A stretch of DNA of 64,000 nt from an uncultured Nitrososphaerota archaeon. Its GTDB lineage: Archaea > Thermoproteota > Nitrososphaeria > Conexivisphaerales > DTJL01. The position numbers and the translations under genes are program-made. The notes below the pieces were generated by a model. That model was not told the origin of the DNA, searched no databases, and saw nothing but the letters and a program-made list of their open reading frames with translations. Location: NCBI GenBank assembly GCA_963842885.1, contig CAWJIE010000002.1, forward strand, positions 222,020 through 286,019, read 5' to 3'. Below are positions 20,674 to 31,641 of this stretch, piece by piece (positions within the stretch are counted from its first letter, which is position 1; every line of letters starts with the position of its first letter).

Positions 20674-21117
20674 ATGTATGTCGGGTTGGTGAAGAAGGAG
20701 CCGTTCCACGGGACCAGTTTGACCGACCGCCAGTGGGAGGTCATACGCATGAGAGCTCAGGGGCTGACACAGGCCGAAGTGGCGAAGAGGCTCAAGACGA
20801 CCAGGGAGAACATCTCGATAATCGAACACAGGGCACACGACAAGATCTCTGCAGCCAAGGCGACCCTGGCGGCACTGAAGGACCTCGAGGTCACACGTGA
20901 AGTCCTCCTCCCCGGCGGCACGAGCGTCTTCGAAGCGATTTCGCTCATAGTGCTGAGGGCCGACATACTGGGGATCAAGTTGAACCTGTCGGCGGACTCC
21001 CTCCTCGCGTTGCTCAGGTCCAGGTGCAGGTCGAAGATCAGGGGGCACCACCTGGTGGCCGTCGTCAAGGCTGAGATAGCAGAAGACGGCGAGGTCTCCT
21101 TCAAGATAACCGTGTAG
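20674..21117 (+). CDS. Tfx family DNA-binding protein
   Basis: LTDRQWEVIRMRAQGLTQAEVA..TTRENISIIE..A..T pattern. Confidence 0.85.
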   Translation: MYVGLVKKEPFHGTSLTDRQWEVIRMRAQGLTQAEVAKRLKTTRENISIIEHRAHDKISAAKATLAALKDLEVTREVLLPGGTSVFEAISLIVLRADILGIKLNLSADSLLALLRSRCRSKIRGHHLVAVVKAEIAEDGEVSFKITV

Positions 21118-21218
21118 CGCTCAGGGCCCTCCCTGGGCGGGGAGAGGACCATCCTTCATGTGCGCAGAGAAAGTCGCATGTAAGACTTAACTACCTTGAC
21201 GGCCTCTCGAAGAATATA

Positions 21219-21428
21219 ATGAGACTCAGCGCGCGGAACCATGCCGTTGGAAAGGTGGTGTCGGTCGAAGAGGGGGCGATAGCTGCCCTGGTCAGGGTCG
21301 AGGTCAAAGAGCCGTTCACCGTCTCCGCCCTGATAACGAAGGACGCGTCAGAGGACCTGAAGCTGAAGGCGGGAGACGCGGTCACCGTAATCATAAAGTC
21401 CACCGAAGTGATAATCGGGAAGGAGTAG
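21219..21428 (+). CDS. Molybdenum-binding TOBE/Mop protein
   Basis: MRLSARN...ALIT...DLKL...IIKSTEV. Confidence 0.92.
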   Translation: MRLSARNHAVGKVVSVEEGAIAALVRVEVKEPFTVSALITKDASEDLKLKAGDAVTVIIKSTEVIIGKE

Positions 21429-21496
21429 CGAAGCGGGCCTCCTCAGCCTGGGCATGCGTCTTATCGACATGTCCACTGGCGGCTGACGTTCTAGGC

Positions 21497-22180
21497 CTAG
21501 TGAGAAACGAAGAAGGTTCCGGAAATCCTGCCCGACCCGAAGACCGCTATCCGGTCGACCAGTTGGCGCGCCTCCAAGTTGTCGTGCGTGACGTACATGA
21601 CAGTGAGGTCCAGCCGGTCGAAGATCCCTTTCAGCTCGGCTTTCAGGTGCTCCCGCAGCTCCTGGTCCATGGACGACAGAGGCTCGTCCATCAGCAGTAT
21701 CTTCGGCTGAGGGGCAAGGGACCTGGCGAGGGCGACGCGCTTCTGCTGGCCTCCGCTGAGCTGGCCAGGAAGGAGGTCCGCCAGGTCCTCGATGCGTAGG
21801 AGCTCCATCACCGACTGCGCCCTGCCTAGCGTCGCTTCTGGGGCCATCTTCGACCCTTTCAGGCCGAAGGTTATGTTGTCTGCGACGGTCATGTGTGGGA
21901 AGAGGGCGTTGTCTTGCATCACGTAGCCCAGGCCCCTTTCGGCCGGGTGGACCATCACTTCGGATTCAGAGCTGCCTACCCTGGTGACCAAATTCCCATC
22001 GATTTTCACTTCACCCGAGTCGGGCTTCATGAGGCCAGCCACGATGTTCAGCGTCGTCGACTTCCCGATGCCGCTGGGGCCGACGAGCCCCACGACCTCG
22101 CCGCTTTCGACGTCGAGATTGAGGTCCCTGATGACCTGCCTCTCACCGAAGGCCTTGGTCAGGCCGCTGATGGAGATCAA
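21497..22180 (-). CDS. modC: Molybdate ABC transporter ATPase (short, no TOBE tail)
   Basis: GPSGIGKST, LFPHMTV, LSGGQQKR; TTG start overlaps the modB stop. Confidence 0.88.
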   Translation of the reverse strand: MISISGLTKAFGERQVIRDLNLDVESGEVVGLVGPSGIGKSTTLNIVAGLMKPDSGEVKIDGNLVTRVGSSESEVMVHPAERGLGYVMQDNALFPHMTVADNITFGLKGSKMAPEATLGRAQSVMELLRIEDLADLLPGQLSGGQQKRVALARSLAPQPKILLMDEPLSSMDQELREHLKAELKGIFDRLDLTVMYVTHDNLEARQLVDRIAVFGSGRISGTFFVSH

Positions 22181-22962
22181 CCGGACTTGCTCCTCCCCCC
22201 AAGGAACTTGAACGCCACCAGCACGGCGAAAGAGAACAGGATCAGTATGACGGAGAGGACATCGGCGTTCACCAAGTTGCTCTCCATGGCGATGTAGATG
22301 GCTAGGGGCATGGTCTGGGTCACCCCCGGGAGGTTCCCGGCGAAGAGCAGCGTGGCGCCGAACTCCCCCAGGGCCCTGGCCCAACACATGATGAACCCGG
22401 CCACGATGCCTCTGCCGGCCAGCGGAAGCGTGATGCGAAGGAAGACGCGCGAATCGGACTTCGTGAGTATCCTGCCGCTGTCGATTATCCTCTGGTTCAC
22501 GGCCTCAAAGGCCGTCTTCGAAGAGCGGAAGTAGAAGGGGGAGGCCACGAATGTCTCTGCCATTATGACGGCCACCAGGGAGCCAGGCAGCACGATCCCC
22601 TGCGAAAGGAGGTACTGGCCTACAAGGCCCCTGGGGGCGAAGGCCAACAGGAGGGCGAGGCCTGCCACGGCCGGCGGGAGCACAATGGGGACGTCCACCA
22701 AAGTGTCGAGGAAGAATCTCCCGGGGAACCTCTTCCTGGCCAGGATGTAGGAGAGGGGAGTGGCGAACACGAGGACCACCGTCGCCGAGATGGTGGCCGT
22801 CAGGAGGCTGAGCTTCAGGGGCGTCAGAACGGCACCAGAGGTCACCGTGGCCGCCAGCTCCCCCGGGGTCACGTAGAGGAAGACAGCTGCCACAGGAATG
22901 GATATGAAAAGAAGGAAGGCGGCGCAGACCACTGCCACTAAGAAGGTCTGGAGCTTGTTCAC
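22177..22962 (-). CDS. modB: Molybdate ABC transporter permease
   Basis: PIVLPPAVAG, WARALGEFGAT, TQTMPLAIY. Confidence 0.95.
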   Translation of the reverse strand: MNKLQTFLVAVVCAAFLLFISIPVAAVFLYVTPGELAATVTSGAVLTPLKLSLLTATISATVVLVFATPLSYILARKRFPGRFFLDTLVDVPIVLPPAVAGLALLLAFAPRGLVGQYLLSQGIVLPGSLVAVIMAETFVASPFYFRSSKTAFEAVNQRIIDSGRILTKSDSRVFLRITLPLAGRGIVAGFIMCWARALGEFGATLLFAGNLPGVTQTMPLAIYIAMESNLVNADVLSVILILFSFAVLVAFKFLGGRSKSG

Positions 22963-22971
22963 GAGGGATTC

Positions 22972-23814
22972 CTAGGGGCTAAGGAAGCCAAAGTTGTTAA
23001 GGATTTGCTGCCCCGCGCTGGAAAGGAGGAAGCTGTAGAACTCCTGGGCGAGCTTCAGGTGCTGCGAGGTCGAGATGACGCCCACCGGATACTGGGCCAC
23101 GACGTTCACCGAAGCGGGGATGGTGATGAAGTTGATGTTGGCGGCCTGGGCGATGGCGTCCGTCTTGTATACTATTCCAGCGTCGGCCGTGCCGGTGACC
23201 ACCTTAGTTACCGTCTGCTCCACGTCGGTGTCATAGGAGATCACGTTGGCCTGGACTGCCTTCGTGAAGTTGGCGTACTGGGGCCCCACGTAGGCCGGGC
23301 TGCTGGAGTTCCCCCACGTCGACTGGATGTTGTTCAGTATGGTCAGGGAGTAGGCGCCGGCCGGGACGGACTTGTCCTCTAGCTCGACCCTCACGCCAGA
23401 TGCGGCGAGGTCAGAGATGGCGGTCACCTTGGACGCCGACGACTTGGCGACCATGACGATGAGGGAGTTCTTGGCGAAGATGGCCGAGCTGTTATAAATC
23501 AAGGAATGGTTGGCCACCTGCGTCATGTAGGTCGGGGAGGCCGAGAGGAAGACATCGCAGGGGTACCCCTCCAGGATCTGGGTCGCCAGGGCGTTGGAGC
23601 CAGCGAAGTTGAAGGTGATGTTGGCGTTGTACTTCGCGTCGAACGCGGCGCTGATGTTCTGCATCACGTTGGTCAGGCTGGCCGCGGCGTAGACGGTGAG
23701 CAGCTGAGGGGGGTTAGCCTTGGGTGCCCCCACCCCGGCGATGTACGCATAGGGGAGGCCCACAACGAGGATCAGTACTATGACGGCCACCGCGGCAATG
23801 GTAAGGCGGTCCAA
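22972..23814 (-). CDS. modA: Molybdate ABC transporter substrate-binding protein
   Basis: VYAAASL, FAGSNAL, DVFLSA, VPAG, ADAGIVYKTD. Confidence 0.95.
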   Translation of the reverse strand: MDRLTIAAVAVIVLILVVGLPYAYIAGVGAPKANPPQLLTVYAAASLTNVMQNISAAFDAKYNANITFNFAGSNALATQILEGYPCDVFLSASPTYMTQVANHSLIYNSSAIFAKNSLIVMVAKSSASKVTAISDLAASGVRVELEDKSVPAGAYSLTILNNIQSTWGNSSSPAYVGPQYANFTKAVQANVISYDTDVEQTVTKVVTGTADAGIVYKTDAIAQAANINFITIPASVNVVAQYPVGVISTSQHLKLAQEFYSFLLSSAGQQILNNFGFLSP

Positions 23815-23907
23815 CGATTATCATCTCCAGGTTATCCTGCGCCATTATATGTCTTGGAAATCGAAAACGTTTACTATTTGACGGCTGCCTTTGCGCCAGG
23901 TCCCCTC

Positions 23908-25213
23908 TCACACGAAGTCAGAGATCCTCCTCTGGTGGAGCATCTCCTTGATGATGGTGGAGGCGTGTATCCAGTACTCCCTCCTGATCTGGAATCCGGA
24001 GAGGATGTGGCTGAAGGCCGCCTCGAAGTTGTCGAACACGACCGGCGTCGAGTTCATGGCGGCCCTTATCGCCTCTCTGACGGTCCAGACGCCGAGGGGT
24101 AGGAGGTATCCCGGATAGATCTCCCTGAGCGCGAGGACGGTGGCCTGCCTCCTCTGGCTGGCCAGGTACTCCGCCGTGGCCAGGCGAACAGAATAGTAGC
24201 AACCTCCCGGCGCCGCGTAGGTCGTGCGGCCCCAGAAGGGTTCGAAGTCCCCCATCACTTCAGGCGAGGAGCCTCCCTGGTTCCACACCGTATTGGGGAA
24301 CCATGCCTCAATCCACTCGTAGCTGTAGTTGGCGGGGATGAGCATGACGAAGTATCTGTTGTTGAGATGGTCGTAGCTGAAGACCCTGTACTCGTCCAGC
24401 GTGGGGAACTCCCTGACCCTGTCCAGCAGCCACAGGGAGAGGTTGCTGTCGACGGCCGTTATGCTCCAGCGTGTGGGCACCATCTTCCGGTTCTTCGCGA
24501 CGCCGAACATGCCGACGGAGAAGGCCCTCTGGATCCTGCTCACGGGAAGCCCTCCTTCGTAGAGCCGGCAGACGGCGTCGACCGCCTTGAGGTCCCTGTC
24601 GTAGTGGGCCTTCTCGACGCGGCGGTCGGACGAGCCCGGGGAGAAGCCGTACTTGAGCAGGGTGCCCGACGGCCCAAAGGGCGGCGAGTCTTCATTGACT
24701 GTGAGCACGGGGAAGGGGGGCTTCTTCAGCAGCATCTGAGAAGCGACGGGGCGCGACGACAGACATGGATATCTGGAGCTGTTCGAGGAGGCCACGTGGC
24801 TCCTTGGCCTCCCCGACATGGGCCCTCTCGTTCCCCCGTATGAGGAGGGAGCGGTATTCAATTATCCTGTCGAAGGAAAACCTGAGCCACCTCTCGGGGG
24901 CGTCATAGATGGAGGTCTCCCCCTCCACCGGAGGGATCATCGGACCGAAGCTGACCTTGGGATATCCGAACCGTCCAACGAAGGCCGATGGAGGGGAGTC
25001 GCCGACGATCTCGGATGTGTCCAGCCTGGCCTTGATCTTTGTGAAGACCCTCGCCTTTAGCAGGATGGGGCAGCTCGGCTTCCCGCAGAGCAGCTTCGCC
25101 GAGCGACACGCCAGACAGACGGCATTCTTCCTCGCTCTTGTGACGTTGAGCGAAGGGGATATGCCGTTCAGCTCGAGAATATCATCGGGGAAGATACTGG
25201 AAGCTACCTGCAT
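23908..25213 (-). CDS. nreA: Nre family DNA repair protein (frameshift near 24762)
   Basis: CLACR..LCG..CP, SPPSAFVG..GYPKV, VPTRWSITAVD, C-terminal PIP box QRRISDF. Confidence 0.9.
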
Positions 25214-25344
25214 TGTTCAAACGAACCATCCAAGCAGGGTACTTAACGACCACCTTTCCGTCCGCAGCCTGACCCACTGTCGGGCGGACAGCCCTCCGGC
25301 AGCAGCCAGCAGGTCGGTACGGCGCGTCGATGTGGGATCGTCAT

Positions 25345-27677
25345 CTAGCGCTTCTTCAAGCCCATCAAGACCTTCTCGGGCGTCACAGGGAGGTCGTTGA
25401 CGGCGACACCCGTGGCGTCGAGCACGGCGTTCCTCACGGCCGGGGCCGGAAGCACCACGGGGGGTTCGGCGACGATCTTGGCGCCGAAGGGGCCCAGAGG
25501 GCCCGGCACCTCCACGATGAACGCATTGAAGTTCTTCGGGATGTCCATGCTGGTGGGGATGTAGTAGTCCGCAAGGTTGGGGTTGACCACCTTGCCTTCT
25601 TTGTGGATCAGCTCCTCCATCATGGCGTACCCCAGGCCCTGCACCGTCCCGCCGTAGATCTGTCCGAGCACGCCTGACGGGTTGACGGCCTTCCCGACGT
25701 CGTATGCGACATGGACGTCGGTGACCTGGTAGACCCCCGTCTCCTCATCCACTTGGATCTCCATTATCAGCGCGCCCCAGGTGTACTGCAGGTATGGCGT
25801 GCCCAGGCCGGTCTCGGTGTCCCAAGGGGCGGGCGGGGCCATGAAGAAGCCCTCCTCGCTCATCTTGACCCCCCTCCTGTGGGCCTCGGCGGCGAGGGCA
25901 GCCCACCCCACGGAATGTGGTGGAGTCGGTCCTGTCGTAGGCCACGCCGTCCTCTATGGTGATGTTATTCTCGCTGACCTTCAGAAGGTCGGCGGCCACC
26001 AGCTCCAGGCGCTTCCTGAGCCTCGCGGCCGCGATGCGCGACGCGTTCCCACCTATGACGACGGTCCTTGAAGCGACGGTGGGCCCCGTCTCCCTGTGCT
26101 TGCTCGTGTCGGGGCGAGCCAGCTTGAACCAGGTCAGGGGGACCCCCAGGACGGAGGCGGCGACCTGTATCACCCCTGTGACCGCTCCGGTCCCGAACTC
26201 GGTGAGCCCTGTCCCCAGAGTCACTATTCCGTCCCTGCCGATCTCTAGGAGGACGGCGCCGTAGTCGTTCCCTTCGGGACCTAGGCTGTTTCCGTGCATG
26301 AGGAGGGCGATGCCGATGCCCTTCTTCATATGACCCACCTGGTTGGAGTAGACCTTGCGCTTGTTCCAGTAGTCGCTGGAGGCCACGACCTTCTCGACGC
26401 ACTGAGGAAGGCCGCAGCTGCCGTCAATCAGATGGTTGGTGGCGTTGTGCTTCCCGGGCACGAGCATGTTCTTGAGCCTGAACTCGAGGGGGTCCATCGA
26501 CAGCTTCCTTGCCAGGTCCTCGATCTGGCACTCCATGGCGAAGACCGCCTGGGGGCCTCCGAAGCCCCTGAAGCTGCCCGCGTACGGTATTGTTGGTGTA
26601 GACGAGGTAGCTGTCGGCCTTGACGTTGGGCACTTCATAGGCCCCCGTGCAGTGGAAGATCCCCCGGCCGATGACGAAGACGCCCAGCGAGGCGTAGGCT
26701 CCAGCGTCCAGGTAGAGCTCCACTTCGTCCGCCTGGAGCTTCCCATCGGCCGATACCCCCGTCTTGTGCTTCATCACGTAGGGATGCCTCTTCGTGTGCA
26801 TGACCATGGACTCCTCGCGATCCATGCTGCAGTAGACCGGCCTCTTCAGCTTGAGAGCGGCCAACGCCGCCGTGCCGCATACGTCATAGGGCGTCTCGTC
26901 CGACTTGGGGCCGAAGGCGCCACCGGTCACCGCCTGGATCACGCGGACCTTCTCGGCAGGGAGGTTGAGCATCTTGACCAGCGCCCCCCTCGTGTGATGC
27001 GGGCTCTGCATGGAGCCGATCACGGTGACCGAGCCGTCGGCGGAGGGGATGGCCATCCCCACCTCGGTCTCCATGGCGTACGCGTCCTGGAACTGGGTCC
27101 TGAACGTGTTTTCGAGGACGACGGAGGAGCCGGAGAAGCCCTTCAGCACGTCGCCCTTCCTGATCTTCATCTGCTTGGCGACGTTCCCTTCGTCGTGGAC
27201 CTTGACGGAGTAGGGCTGCATCGCCTCCACAGGGTCGAAGACGGCGGGGAGCAGGTCATATGTCACCTTGATGGCCTCGGCCGCGTCCTGGGCGATGGAG
27301 GCCGTCTCAGCTACGACCGCACCGATGATGTCCGCGGTGGACCGGACGACGCCGGGGGAGAACAAGGGCCTGTCGGGGAGGACCGCCGAGGATTCGTTGA
27401 TGCCGGGGATGTCTCTCCATGTGAGGACATCGACCACGCGGGGCATGCCCTTGGCTCGTGACACGTCGACTTCTCGGATGGTGCCGTGTGCGATAGAAGA
27501 ATGGAAGAGCTTGGCGTGGAGGGTGCCCCGTACGAGCATGTCGCCCGTGTACACCGGCCTGCCAAGGACCTTCTCCAGGCCGTCGATGCGGGCGACGGAC
27601 TCGCCTACATAGAGGAGCTTCCCCTCCTCCCCCTTCTCCTTGACATTCTTCAGGAACTGGGAGACTTCTGGGGTCAT
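25345..27677 (-). CDS. Xanthine dehydrogenase family molybdopterin-binding subunit (frameshifts near 26587 and 25914)
   Basis: GGAFGPK, GSFRGFGGPQ, TVASRT, GQIYGG..QGLG, GPFGAK..EP. Confidence 0.9.
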
Positions 27678-28156
27678 GGCCTCACCGCCTCCGAGGCCTC
27701 TTGAATGGCCTGAAGGATTGGGTAGTATCCGGTGCACCTGCAGAGGACTCCGCTTATGCCCACCTTGATCTCCTCCGCCGAAGGCTTGGCGTTCCTGGAT
27801 ATGATGTCCTTGGCGGCGACGAGCATGGCGGGCGTGCAGAATCCGCACTGGGCGGCGCCGTACTTGAGGAACTTCTCCTGAAGCAGCTTCATCTGGGGGT
27901 CCTCGACAAGGCCTTCGAGGGTCGTGACCACCGAACCCCTGCACTGGGCGGCGAGGACCAGGCAGGAGTTGACCAGCCTTCCGTCGAGGAGGACGGCGCA
28001 GAGGCCGCAGTCGCCGGTGCCGCAGCCCTCCTTCACGCTCTTCATATCGAGACGGTCCCTGAGGACGTCCAAGAGGCGGTCGGCAGAATCGACGTGGAGA
28101 GAGCGCTCCATGCCGTTCACGGTCATGGTGACAAAGTGCTTGGACAACCCGATCAT
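27674..28156 (-). CDS. Xanthine dehydrogenase family (2Fe-2S) subunit
   Basis: KEGCGTGDCGLC, QCGFCTP, LCRCTGY. Confidence 0.93.
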   Translation of the reverse strand: MIGLSKHFVTMTVNGMERSLHVDSADRLLDVLRDRLDMKSVKEGCGTGDCGLCAVLLDGRLVNSCLVLAAQCRGSVVTTLEGLVEDPQMKLLQEKFLKYGAAQCGFCTPAMLVAAKDIISRNAKPSAEEIKVGISGVLCRCTGYYPILQAIQEASEAVRP

Positions 28157-29033
28157 GCCTCCCTGATGCGGAAGGCGCAGAGCTCGAGGAGGCGCTTCAG
28201 GTAGACCTTGGCGATCTCCGTACGGTATTCGCCTGAGGCCCTGAAGTCTGTCTTCAGCAGGAGCTCGGAGGAGAGGACCTCCTGGGCCGATGCCACAGTC
28301 TCCGCGTTGAGCTTCTTGCCTGCCAGGGACTCCTCGGTGGATGTTGGCCCTCTGAGGGACCCTCCCCGCCACCCTGTTGAGCGCGACGCGCGCCTCGCGC
28401 ACGGTCTCTCTGTCTCCCTCGGCGGTGAGGACGACGGCCTCGTTCACCAGCGCTATTATCAAGATGTTGCGCCTCCCCATCTTATCGTACGCCGATCCGC
28501 TGTCGGGCGGGAGCGAGCCCAACTCGATCTCTGAGAGCACCTCGCCGCTCTTCCTGAAGACCGTCCTCTTCCCCATGATGAAGTCCTTCAGCAGGAGGCT
28601 CCTCTCACCCTTGACGCTGGACGAGCTTCACCCTGGCGTCCAGGGCCAGGAAGACGGGGATCAGGTCCTCGGAGGAGGTGGCCGAGCAGATGTTCCCCCC
28701 TACGGTGGCGACGTTGCGTATCTGGGGGTCGCCGAACTTCCTCGCCGCGTCGCGGATGAGCTCGAGGTCCCTCCCTATCAGCGGTGACTCCAGGAGGTCG
28801 CTGACTGTCGTAAGCGCCCCTATGTGGATGGAGCCGTCCTCTTTGCGCATGTAGCGTAGCTCCTTCTCCAGTCCGGAGATGTCGAGGAGGTTGACCGCCG
28901 AAGCCCGGCGCCTCCGCAGCCTGGGAAGGAGGTCGGTGCCTCTTGCGATGACCGATGTCGTCTCTCCGTAGTCGCCGAGATAGCTCAGGGCATCGTGGAG
29001 GTCTGTGGGCACGTAGATGTCGTATCCTGGCAA
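28153..29033 (-). CDS. Xanthine dehydrogenase family FAD subunit (frameshifts near 28619 and 28343)
   Basis: GTDL, IGALTT, QIRNVATVGGN, DFRASGEYR across frames. Confidence 0.88.
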
Positions 29034-29040
29034 CGGCAGC

Positions 29041-29321
29041 TCATCCTCCGCCCACGGGGGGCACGAACAGCACCACGTCGCCGTCCTTGAGGCCGAAGTT
29101 GGAAGCGTCCTTCAGCCTGTACGCCTTTCCGTTGTGATAGACCAGGGAGTACGGCCGGGGCATTCCCCTGGGAATCATAGAGCGGCTGGCGGAACGCCTC
29201 ACCCATTTCGCTGAGACAGGGAGTCCAAGAGGCCTCTGAGGTCGCCAGCCTCCACCTCCAGCTCGCTCTTGTTGGAGCTGGGTATCAAGTCAAAGAACAG
29301 CCTGACTTTGATCCTCGCCAA
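29041..29321 (-). CDS. MoaD/ThiS/SAMP ubiquitin-like sulfur carrier (two apparent +1 frameshifts)
   Basis: Reconstructed MARIKVRLFF...LKDGDVVLFVPPVGGG-stop with C-terminal diglycine; not recovered as one ORF in the track. Confidence 0.8.
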
Positions 29322-29500
29322 ATCTGCTTTCGTGTCTGAAAACCCCCGTTCCTGTTAAAAAATCTTTGCGAGCTTGCGGGGAGAGTCGTCCTCAGCGAAG
29401 TCCGCGGACGCGTCGCTCCGCCGGTGGACGCCGGCGGCGCCGCCGGCACAAATCTTATACGATGAGTGCGCAAGCCATTAGAGGACGAACGGTCGAAGCG

Positions 29501-29579
29501 GGGCCCGTCTTCTAGCCTGGATCAGGATGGCAGCCCGCGAAGCTGTTGATCGAGGGTCCAAATCCCTCCGGGCCCGCCA
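29501..29579 (+). tRNA. tRNA-Arg(GCG) with encoded CCA and atypical loop residues
   Basis: Acceptor GGGCCCG/CGGGCCC, anticodon stem GCAGC/GCTGT with loop CCGCGAA, T stem GAGGG/CCCTC with loop TCCAAAT, ends GCCA. Confidence 0.9.
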
Positions 29580-29628
29580 ACTTTCATTAGCCGTTCGGCG
29601 GTGAACCGCGGCGCCGGCCCCGATCGCC

Positions 29629-30177
29629 TTGACAGCCTTTATAGCCCTACGAAGTAATGAGCTATGCGAAGGCCGCTTGGACGACAGAGAAAGCAGGGTC
29701 CTCCGGAACATGGAACGCTTGGTCAAGGCCGAGGCTGACGGAGGCTATGACGCCTTCGTCCAGGAGGTAACGAGGAAGCGGACTGAATGGTACGAAGCCA
29801 ACAAGGATGTTCTAAGACTGGAAGGCTCCGAAGTGCGCAGGGGGTACACCCTCCTCGTCATCCGATATCTCGGGCTGGACCCTGCCCAGGTGCCAGTGGT
29901 CTTCGAGGACGGGACCCGCATCATATGGAGGTCCTCCAACTTCTGCCCTCTCCTCGAAGCGTGCAAGAGGCTTGGGAAGGACACGAGGGACGTCTGCAGG
30001 AGGGCTCAGGAGGCTCCGGCCCAGGCGCTGGTGTCAAAGGTCCACCCCCGCCTGAGGTTCTCGCGAAACTACGACAGGATCAGGCCTTACGAGCCGTTCT
30101 GCGAAGAGATGATTCGAGAAACTATAGGTTCGTCTCTTTCAGGAAAGAGACTCCATGGCCATGGGGATGACCTATGA
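29629..30177 (+). CDS. Hypothetical protein with a Cys cluster (V4R/ATC-hydrolase-like ligand-binding fold)
   Basis: NFCPLLEAC..DVC..PFCEEMI pattern; true start may be downstream. Confidence 0.65.
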   Translation: MTAFIALRSNELCEGRLDDRESRVLRNMERLVKAEADGGYDAFVQEVTRKRTEWYEANKDVLRLEGSEVRRGYTLLVIRYLGLDPAQVPVVFEDGTRIIWRSSNFCPLLEACKRLGKDTRDVCRRAQEAPAQALVSKVHPRLRFSRNYDRIRPYEPFCEEMIRETIGSSLSGKRLHGHGDDL

Positions 30178-30300
30178 AAGGACGCTGAAGAAGGAGACGC
30201 TCGCGGACGAGCGGGACCTTCGCGCCCCGAAATCAGTGTCCTGACGGCGCGGACGGATGGAATAACGGCGAGATCCTCTTGAAGGACGGGCAGGAGAAGG

Positions 30301-31524
30301 CTACCTGGAACCGATCCTTCTGGCCACGTCTATGTCGCCCTTCCGCATGAGCATGGCCCGCTTCACCCTCGCCATGGCGATCTCTTCCGCGACGGCCCGC
30401 ATGGAACGGCCCGTCCCGAGCACCTCTTGGGTGACCACCTCCGTGTTCTTCGATATCTTGTACTCGATCAGGTCGAACGCCTCCTTCTCCGTCCCTCCCT
30501 TGTACTCCACATAGGAGCCTATGACTCCGCCCGCGTTGACCAGGAGGTCGGGCAACACCCAGACCCCTGCCGAATGGAGCGCCTGGTCAGCCTCCTTGGT
30601 GGTGGGGATGTTGGCCGCCTCGACGACCATCTTCACCTTGGACGCCAGCAGCTGGAGGACCGTCCTGTCGTTGATGACGTCGGAAGTGGCCGCCGGGATG
30701 AAGATGTCGCAGGGGACCTTGAAGACGTCTTCCCTGTCGCCCTTTGAATACGAAGGAAGGCTCGCCAGGACCGGCTCCTTGGTGGACTGCTTCATCTCGT
30801 TGAGTATCTTCGGGATGTCCAGGCCGCCCGGCTCGGCCATGGAGCAGCTGACGTCTGATATGCCGACGATCTTGAAACCCATCTCGTCCAGGAACTTCGC
30901 GGTGAAAGAGCCGACGTTGCCGAAGCCCTGGATGCAGACCCTGGCCTCCTTCGGGTCCAGGCTGAGCTTCTGGAGCTTGTTGAGGAGGTTCACGGCCAGG
31001 TTGGTGGCGTGGGCGACGCCGTAGCCGGTCGTCCCCAGCTCATGAGGGATGCCTCCGATCTCGGAGGGCTTCCCCGTGCAGGCCTTCATGTCGCCGACCT
31101 CGTGGGCGAAGACGGCCATCTCGAGCTCGGTGGTGCCCATGTCGGTGGCGCCCACGTACTGGTTGGGGACGTAGGGTTTGATGGCCTTGGCGAAGGCCCT
31201 GACCCAGGCGGCCCTGTCCGTCTTCGAAGGGTCGCCGCGGATGCCCGCCTTCGCTCCACCGAACGGAAGGCCGGCCAAGGCGACCTTCCAGGTCATGACC
31301 CTGGCGAGCCTGAACACTTCGAGCGGCGTCACGGTGGGTGAGAACCTGATGCCGCCCTTCCCCGGCCCGCTGGCCGTGTTGTCGATGACCAGGACCCCCT
31401 GCATCCTTGTATCGGGGTCGTAGACCTGGACCACCTTCTCGGGTCCCCATTCGTCTCCCATGCTCCAAACGTCGATGTCCTGTATCCTTTCCGTCACGTT
31501 GACACGCACGTTCGAGTCACTCAC
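30301..31524 (-). CDS. gdhA: Glutamate dehydrogenase (Glu/Leu/Phe/Val DH family)
   Basis: GPGKGGIRF, MTWK..LPFGGAKAG, TGKP..GG, QGFGNVG, PDLLVNAGGV. Confidence 0.92.
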   Translation of the reverse strand: MSDSNVRVNVTERIQDIDVWSMGDEWGPEKVVQVYDPDTRMQGVLVIDNTASGPGKGGIRFSPTVTPLEVFRLARVMTWKVALAGLPFGGAKAGIRGDPSKTDRAAWVRAFAKAIKPYVPNQYVGATDMGTTELEMAVFAHEVGDMKACTGKPSEIGGIPHELGTTGYGVAHATNLAVNLLNKLQKLSLDPKEARVCIQGFGNVGSFTAKFLDEMGFKIVGISDVSCSMAEPGGLDIPKILNEMKQSTKEPVLASLPSYSKGDREDVFKVPCDIFIPAATSDVINDRTVLQLLASKVKMVVEAANIPTTKEADQALHSAGVWVLPDLLVNAGGVIGSYVEYKGGTEKEAFDLIEYKISKNTEVVTQEVLGTGRSMRAVAEEIAMARVKRAMLMRKGDIDVARRIGSR

Positions 31525-31641
31525 AGCATTCCGCCGGGGGGGTAGCGCTGAGGTTTCCATATAAGAACTTCCATAGGTTGCGCGGCATCAGGGGTTGCGG
31601 TGTGGCTGCGTGGAGAGGGGGGAGGCGCGTCGTCCGGGCGC

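Noticed and set aside
8558-29321. Programmed frameshifting or mass pseudogenisation
   Set aside because: There is no common slippery site, no nonsense decay and motifs are intact; sequencing insertions are more parsimonious.
29501-30300. Integrative element at tRNA-Arg
   Set aside because: No integrase and no repeat of the tRNA 3' end seen in the window.
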